A DNA stretch of 64,000 nt, from positions 187,984,001-188,048,000 of the forward strand of contig OZ024740.1 of NCBI GenBank assembly GCA_964016885.1, read 5' to 3'. Each line of letters opens with the position of its first letter. Position 1 is the stretch's first letter. The position numbers and the translations under genes were made by a program. Shown one piece after another: positions 55,378 to 64,000 of this stretch. The notes beneath the pieces are model-generated. The model ran no database searches. It saw only the letters and a program-made list of their open reading frames with translations, and had not been told where the DNA came from. The DNA is from Eledone cirrhosa. Lineage: Eukaryota.

Positions 55378-55701
55378 TGGAGGCACATGGCTTAGTGGTT
55401 AGAGCATTGGCCTTGCAATCGAAAGGTTGTGAGTTCAATTCTCAGACCGGGTCATGTGTTGTTTCCTTGAACAAGACACTTTATTTCACATTGCTCCAGT
55501 TTACTCAGCTGTAGTCCCTATCATTCCACTGTAAAGTGGTCGTGGAGGTGCCACAGCAAAAAAAGCACCCACCACTCTCTGTAAATGAGGTTGGTGTTAG
55601 GAAGGGCATCCAGCTGTAGAAATCGAGCCAGAATCAGTTCCTGTCCCACCCTTGCAAGCATGGAAAAGCGGACGTAAAATGAGGATGATGATGATGATGA
55701 T
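55378..55701 (+). mobile_element. Full-length SINE family A
   Basis: A box tggcttagtggtt, B box gagttcaattct, tail cccacccttgcaagcatggaaaagcggacgtaaaatgaggatgatgatg. Confidence 0.92.
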
Positions 55702-55703
55702 TA

Positions 55704-55742
<39 letters not shown>

Positions 55743-57949
55743 TATGTATGCCTGTGTGTGTAATAAAACTGAATTCAATTTCATTTATCTATTTTTGATA
55801 TCTGGTAATACATTTCAGAATCCATTTCATGAACATTGGCACTTAATTCAGCAACTTTAATCATTTGATCATATGCTCTTTGCCCTTGAAGCATTTTGCT
55901 ATATAGGATAAGTTGAAGAAAGTATGTGAAGATTTTCATTTATATTCCATTCTGAGTATTCTTAGCAGTATTAGCTCCTTTTCAGGAACATTATTAAATT
56001 CCTTTATATCATAAAAAGTCTTTATAAACAACTGAAGGTCGTTGAATAATTTCATCTAAATATAGGAACTGTTTATTTTTTATTAAAAAATATTTTTATT
56101 TCTTTGTGAAAACTATGATTTTATACATTACATTATTACTCTATCATTATTTTACATCTGGTTTTCCATCTTAGCAGAGGTTGGTTGGGTCTCTTTTCCG
56201 TACATTGTCTAACAATATGTTATAGTTCTTTCTCATGTCCTTCATGAGCTTTAGCTTCCTCAGATTAGATTTTACTACTTCTTTCCATGACTTTCTTTAC
56301 CTTCCTCTACTGCAAGTTCCTCCCACTCAAAATGCTTGACACTTTTCTACCCACATGTCATCCTCCATCTGCATCACATGTCTGTGCCAATCTAGTCATC
56401 TCTCTTACACTTTACACTTTATTCATCTTATACCCTGTTTTTCTCTCAGCTCATTTGAATAGTGTGTGTATTTTTTATATCTGCTTTCAGTTGTCTGCAT
56501 GAACTTAGATTAGGGAAACCAATATTCTCTGTAACTGAAATGAAGAATCAAGTTCTGCCTTATTTTTGTTGGTAGGTTGCCTAAGGCAAGCAATTTTAAA
56601 GCAATATAAGAAAAGAATGTGTTGAATTGAAATATTTGTGGACAAAAGCAGTGTGTGTACTAGGCTAGAGATATACACATTAATTATATTTTGTTGGCAA
56701 GACAACCTGTTTATTCCCACATGACATGTACAGTATCATGTCCTCTATGTGTAAAATTTGTGCATAACAATTTTGTGAGAAATTCTTTTTTTTTTCTATT
56801 TTTTTTTTCTTTTTTGATTCAACAAATAATTCTCTCTCCTCAGAAAATGGTTGATTTATTTCTGTGAATTTTAATAATTTTGAGCCTGAAGATTATCTTC
56901 TAAATATGTTTGTCCTTAGCTGTTAACATTTGTATCTGTGTCAATATTAGGAGAAACAAACTACATTTATTATTTTCTCTTAAATGTTTCTAGGGTAGTT
57001 CCTATATAAATAAGAACTACATTAATATCAGAATAGTCTATGTTAAATAGTTGAGTGTTATAACAATAATGTATGTTGGAATAGAAATAGAAATATTATA
57101 TCTTTCAGAATGTTATATTATTTTCAAAGCAGCTGTGAACAATGATGATACTATACTATATCAGTTACTCTCTCTCTCTCTCTCACACACACATTATCAT
57201 CATCGTCATCACACGTCTAATTTTCTATGCTTTCATGGGTTAGACAGGTTGTCCACCTTCTGATAGAATTCTGACCAGTTGGCTGCGCTGTATCGTTCTC
57301 AAAGGGAACTGTATTTTGGTTGTGATTTTTACAGCTGTATGCCCTTCGTAGCACCAACCACGTTTACAGTGTGGAACTAGGTGGTTCTGTTATGAGATAA
57401 GTCTGGCCAGATAGCTATGCTGTATCTTGTACTTATCAGGACTGTGTGTTGGCTGGATTTTCACATCTGCTGGATGCTCTTCCTAAGACCAACCACGTTT
57501 TCAGTGTGGAACAGGGTGGTACCATTGTGCATTGTGAGGAAGGTCTGGCAGTTGGCACCATACCCTGCTCACAGGAGAAACTTATTTTAGGAGCTGGGTG
57601 TTCCTATTATGAGGACGGTTTGGCCTGTTGGCTTCACCATGCCTTTCTCATAGTGGGGCTGATATATAGCATATGTATTCCATCTTCATGAATTTTACCT
57701 AGCTGTGTAATAATCGGTAGTAATGCAGAAACAATTGTTAAAAAAGCAATAAATGAGCGAAGAACTTTATACTTTCATTCTCTTTGGTGATATAAATATA
57801 TAACTAAGGCAATGCCCCAGCATGGCCTCAGACGGATGGCTGGATCTGGTAAAAGAGTAACTAACAAATAGTTTTATACTAATCAGGGCGATCAGTCACT
57901 GTATATTCCAGAAAATATATATTTTCACTCGCTCCGACAGTTAGCAGGT

Positions 57950-58012
57950 AAACAGTATATGGTACTGATGAATGGTAATCACCCAGAAACAGTAGTGTCT
58001 GCCGTTCTGTTT
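57950..58012 (+). ncRNA. Canonical type I hammerhead ribozyme with extended stem I
   Basis: AAACAG tat ATGGTA-CTGATGA-aTGG taatcac CCA-GAAA-CA gtag TG-TC-TGCCGT t CTGTTT, with a GUC site ending at 57999. Confidence 0.88.
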
Positions 58013-58162
58013 ATATGCCAGAATGACGGAGTCATTATACTCACATGGCTTAAAGAGGCTGTTTGCATAATAGCAAGCGAATCAAATATTTTTTATTAAT
58101 ATTCAAAAAACTAATATTTACATTCCTTGTGTATATATATATATAAATAAATAAATAAATAA

Positions 58163-58216
<54 letters not shown>

Positions 58217-58313
58217 GTATATATATATATATATATATATATAAATGTATATATATATATATAAATATATATATATATGAATATATATATATGAATATAT
58301 ACATAAATATATA

Positions 58314-58700
58314 TTCATTTTTCATTTCATTTTACGTCCGCTTTTTCTCTGCTTGCAAGGGTGGGATGGGAACTGATTCTGGCTTGATTTCTACAGCTGG
58401 ATGCCCTTCCTAACACCAACTGCATTTACAGTGAGTGCTGGGTGCTTTTTTGCCGTGGCGCCTACACGTCCACATTACAGTGTGGGCTGGGTGCTTTTTT
58501 GCAAAATGGTCGTGGCACCTCCACGACCATTTTGCAGTGGAATGATAGGGACCCCAGTCCCTTTCATCTCATTTCTACAGCTGAGTAAACTGGAGCAATG
58601 TGAAATAAAGTGTCTTGCTCAAGGACACAACACATCACCCGGTCTGAGAGAATTGAACTCACAACCTTTCGATTGTAAGGCCAATGTTCTAACCACTAAG
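58314..58700 (-). mobile_element. SINE family A, near full length
   Basis: Reverse complement of the 18206/55378 type, with an extra internal module. Confidence 0.9.
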
Positions 58701-60490
<1,790 letters not shown>

Positions 60491-60568
60491 ATATATATAT
60501 ATATTTATATATATATATATATATATAATATTAAACAAATGGAAACTACATTTATAAAACCATATTTA

Positions 60569-60630
60569 TTTCATTATATATATTTCAGGGATATCATATT
60601 AAAAATATGGTATGCCCTCTTCAGACAAAA
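60569..60630 (-). ncRNA. Type I hammerhead with palindromic stem III, in an ORF-less UTR-like element (~60530-61290)
   Basis: TTTTGT-CTGAAGA-GGGCATACCATATT ttt AATATGATATCCCT-GAAA-TATATA-TA-ATGAAA. Confidence 0.8.
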
Positions 60631-61770
60631 TACAATATATAAACAGTTTTATAAATAAATTTGACATACCTTAAAATTTTACAACTTCCATTTAAAAAGT
60701 TGTTATGGTAGTGAAAATGTTAAGGACAGTTAGAGACGGAGAGAAAAAAAAGAAAGAAAGTGTATAGTGCTAAGGAAGTTAGAGAGGAAGGTGGAGAGGA
60801 TGAAGAAATGTATGTAAAGAAAAAACCACAGAGCGAGATAGAGAGAGAGAGATATGGGAGAGAGAAATATTGAGGAGGTGAAAATTTATTTATTTATTTA
60901 TTTAGTTATAGTGTTAAGGATACGGAGAGAAATAAAAATAAAAATAAAAAAAGAGAGGTAGAAAGAGATATATGTGGTGGGAGAAAAGATGTAGATCGAG
61001 TAATATCTATTATACGAGGTGGGAGAGATAGGGGAGGGGTGAGATACAGTTAAAACTGTCATTCTGTTTCTGAGTGTGAGTTTAGTCCTACACACATATA
61101 TATATACACACACACAAAATATATATTCTCTCCATCTTAACATACTCGCACACACACACATAACACCCATATACACACACACACAACTCCCTCCCCCATT
61201 TCTACTAATAGAATCATCTTCCAATACACACATACACACACACACACACACACATACACTCACACACATACACACATAAACATACATATCTTCACTTCAA
61301 TAGAAAATCTGAACTCTGACACCCAGCGAACTAACCATATTCACTGAACCAGAACAATTCTCCCAATCCCTTTTCTCTTGACCACTATCTTTCCATTGTC
61401 ATAACATTCACTATAAAGACTACAGAATAGTTTTCCAAATAAGGGCGCAAAAATGTAATGAAAACTTGTTCATGTGACAGCCAAATTTCATTTATAACCA
61501 ACCAAAAAAAAGCCTTCGTGAGCCTCCTTTTTTCAAGTAAAAAGAAATTCAAACACTCATATATGAAAAAACAACCTGTGACAACCCCCCCTCTTATTTG
61601 AAGAACTATTGTAACGTGAACTGGCGCGAAATTTATTATAATTATTGACAAACCAATCAAATTACTTCTCGAAAAACCTGGCATTTCGAGCCACTTTTTC
61701 CATATAAAACAAGTAACATTCAGAGACCAACCAGATGTGAGAAAAACCACAGACCCTCCATCTCAACTCA

Positions 61771-61808
61771 CCTTTTGAAAAGCAGAAGAACTGCGAAACC
61801 GGTAAAGG
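61771..61808 (+). ncRNA. Minimal hammerhead with mutated core, in a probable decayed PLE 3' end (~61300-61950)
   Basis: CCTT-TTGAAAA-GCAG aagaa CTGC-GAAA-CCGG-TA-AAGG. Stems intact; two core changes. Confidence 0.6.
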
Positions 61809-61947
61809 AACCAAATAAATATATATATCTTTAAAAAAAATAAGACTCCAGTTGCATTTTCGATTTCATCTCTTTTTCTTTATACTTTCACTCGTGTAGG
61901 ACACCTCGGTTATTTTTCATTTTGTAAAAAAAGAAAAAAAACCTCAC

Positions 61948-61989
<42 letters not shown>

Positions 61990-61992
<3 letters not shown>

Positions 61993-63872
61993 CGAAACAT
62001 AAGTCAATTGCATGAACTCATAATCCTTTATTTACTCCTATATATATTTTGATGATAGCCATTGAATGGCTATGACCTCATCAGGCAGTTAGTCAGTTCT
62101 TAGATATGCCAGCTCTGTGTTTATAGTGTTGATGGCATCAGAGCCTTGGGACATATGAGCTTGTTAGGAATAATTTAATGTTGTCAGCAGGAATAGTCTT
62201 GATTCTCATTGGTCAGTTTGTAGATGGTAGTAGGGTTGGTATTTGACCTCAAAGAGGCAGGTGGTGTTGTAAAGTTCAAACCATCAGGCAAGATGACAAT
62301 AGTTCCATATGAATGTTTTTCACAAAAAGCATTCCTGGTCAGATATATATTCAATTAAGGTTAATAGTATGAAATAGATACTACAGGTCATTCTTAAATT
62401 GAGGAATTTATGTGGAGTGGTTCTACTGAAATTTATGGTTGGAGTAGAAAATTTACAAATAAAAAGATTTATGTAGGTTGGCTTGCACTACACTCACACC
62501 CACCTCCACATCCACACACACACATCCACACATACAAAATGTGGGGTGGTAATACTTAATATAATGGTTAGAGTCTAATACTTAGATAGTTTAGAAAATT
62601 TAGAAATAAAAGGTTTATGCTGGTTGATTTGTACATACACTCACACCTACGTCCTCAGATACTCACACATCTACACACACAAATCCATACAGGTGTGCAT
62701 ATATATACACGTATGCATGTATGTACGCACAAGTATATATATATATATATAAAATATATATATATACATAGAACATACATATATATAAAATATATACATA
62801 TAAAAATATAAAAAATATATATATACATACATAAAATATATACACATACATAAAATATATACACACATAAAACATACATACATATATATATAAAATACAC
62901 ATACATATATATATATATAAAATATATACATACATATACATACATATAAAATACACATATATACACATATAAAATATATATATATATACACATGATACAT
63001 ATATACATACATATATATATAAAATCAGGTTCAATAAAACATTGTTTAGATGACTTCTAACCAGTAGAGGATCCGGTGGACCATCCATCATAGGGACCAC
63101 AAACTATGGGTGGTTGTTGTTGTCCATTGGTCATTGGTACGGGGTGTAGGGGACCTACAGGGGGGGGCGTAACCGGGGTTTATCCATATAGCTTGAGGAA
63201 AGTTCCCGTCCTTAGGTGTCTGCAGGCACCGAATAAGTCGGCCCTTCTGTTTAATAGCTTGGTTCCGCCATGAAGGATCTCGAGTGTCTCAGTAAGACAG
63301 AGGTTGCAAATACCAGACACGCCTCTGTCTGGGGGAACCTTTCTAGCCACGGACCAGACCAGAGAGTGCGGGGTCTTTTCAAGTTTGAGCTTCCAGATCA
63401 ATTCAGAAAGGGCCGTACATTTCCTCTTTTCTGTTCTGTTAAAGGAATAGCGATGGTTATACCACCGATCTTTGAAGTTCGTCGCTGTGGATCCTATGTA
63501 GTGGTGCTCCGAGTTAGGGGTTGTGATCTTGCACCTGTAGACCACGTTTTTCGTTATGCATTCATTACTAAGGGGGCATAGTGATGGGTCTCTGCAATTA
63601 CATGACTTCTTAAGCCCCACCACATGTACCGCGTGGTTACCATCACTCTGGATTGGCTAGGTAGCCTCAGCAATCAGCACAGGGTCGTTGGATTCCGGTG
63701 TGCTAGTTGGGCCTGTCCGGGTTCCGTTGCGTCCCACATGCTGGTTCTGTTGAGTGGATCCGGGGTTTACGGTGGTATTAGAGGCAGTGAGCCTATTCCT
63801 ATTTATGCCCGCTATGTGCTGGGCTACGGAGCGTGTGGTTGAGTAGGAAAGTTTCACCGTGTGCCTGTTGAA
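61990..63872 (-). mobile_element. 5'-truncated Penelope-like element (GIY-YIG region 63180-63872, stop at 63657) with long microsatellite-containing 3' UTR
   Basis: FNRHTVKLSYST, SCNCRDPSLCPLSNEC, NVVYRC...YIGST..FKDRWYNH, CNLCLTE, LLNRRAD..CRH. Same group as the element at 44219. The UTR extent is inferred. Confidence 0.85.
62034..62089 (-). ncRNA. Decayed hammerhead motif near the putative PLE 3' end
   Basis: actgc-CTGATGA-gg..ATAGCCATT c AATGGCTAT..c-AAAA-TATATA-TA-ggagt. GAAA has become AAAA, and stem I has one mismatch. Confidence 0.45.
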
Positions 63873-64000
63873 TATATATATTTATGTATATATATATATT
63901 TATGTATATATATATATTTATTTATATATATACATATATTTATATTTATATATATAAATATATAAATATATAAATATATAAATATATATACATAAATATA

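Overview
AT-rich, microsatellite-dense eukaryotic DNA, most consistent with an octopus or other coleoid cephalopod. This is an inference from the tRNA-derived SINE families, the RTE LINE and the abundance of (TA)n. No intact host gene is recognisable, and nearly all listed ORFs are microsatellite artefacts or transposon relics. The window holds Helitron helicase, mariner, RTE, CR1-like and Tx1-like fragments, two tiny Tc1/mariner-type MITEs, many SINEs and three Penelope-like element (PLE) fragments with GIY-YIG endonucleases. The main hidden signal is a dense set of type I hammerhead ribozyme motifs, read by eye: about 9 with an intact core (CUGANGA-stem II-GAAA-stem III-UH-stem I) and several decayed ones, from many unrelated sequence families. 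They lie in PLE 3' UTRs/pseudo-LTRs and in ORF-less 0.2-0.7 kb elements inserted in (TA)n tracts. Several of these elements form asymmetric foldbacks with 3' ends facing outward, some with a ribozyme on each strand, and one mimics a TG..CA TIR MITE. They cluster in two nested-insertion hotspots (about 38.6-47.9 kb and 57.8-64 kb). Boundaries of repeats are approximate, and no folding or database search was run.
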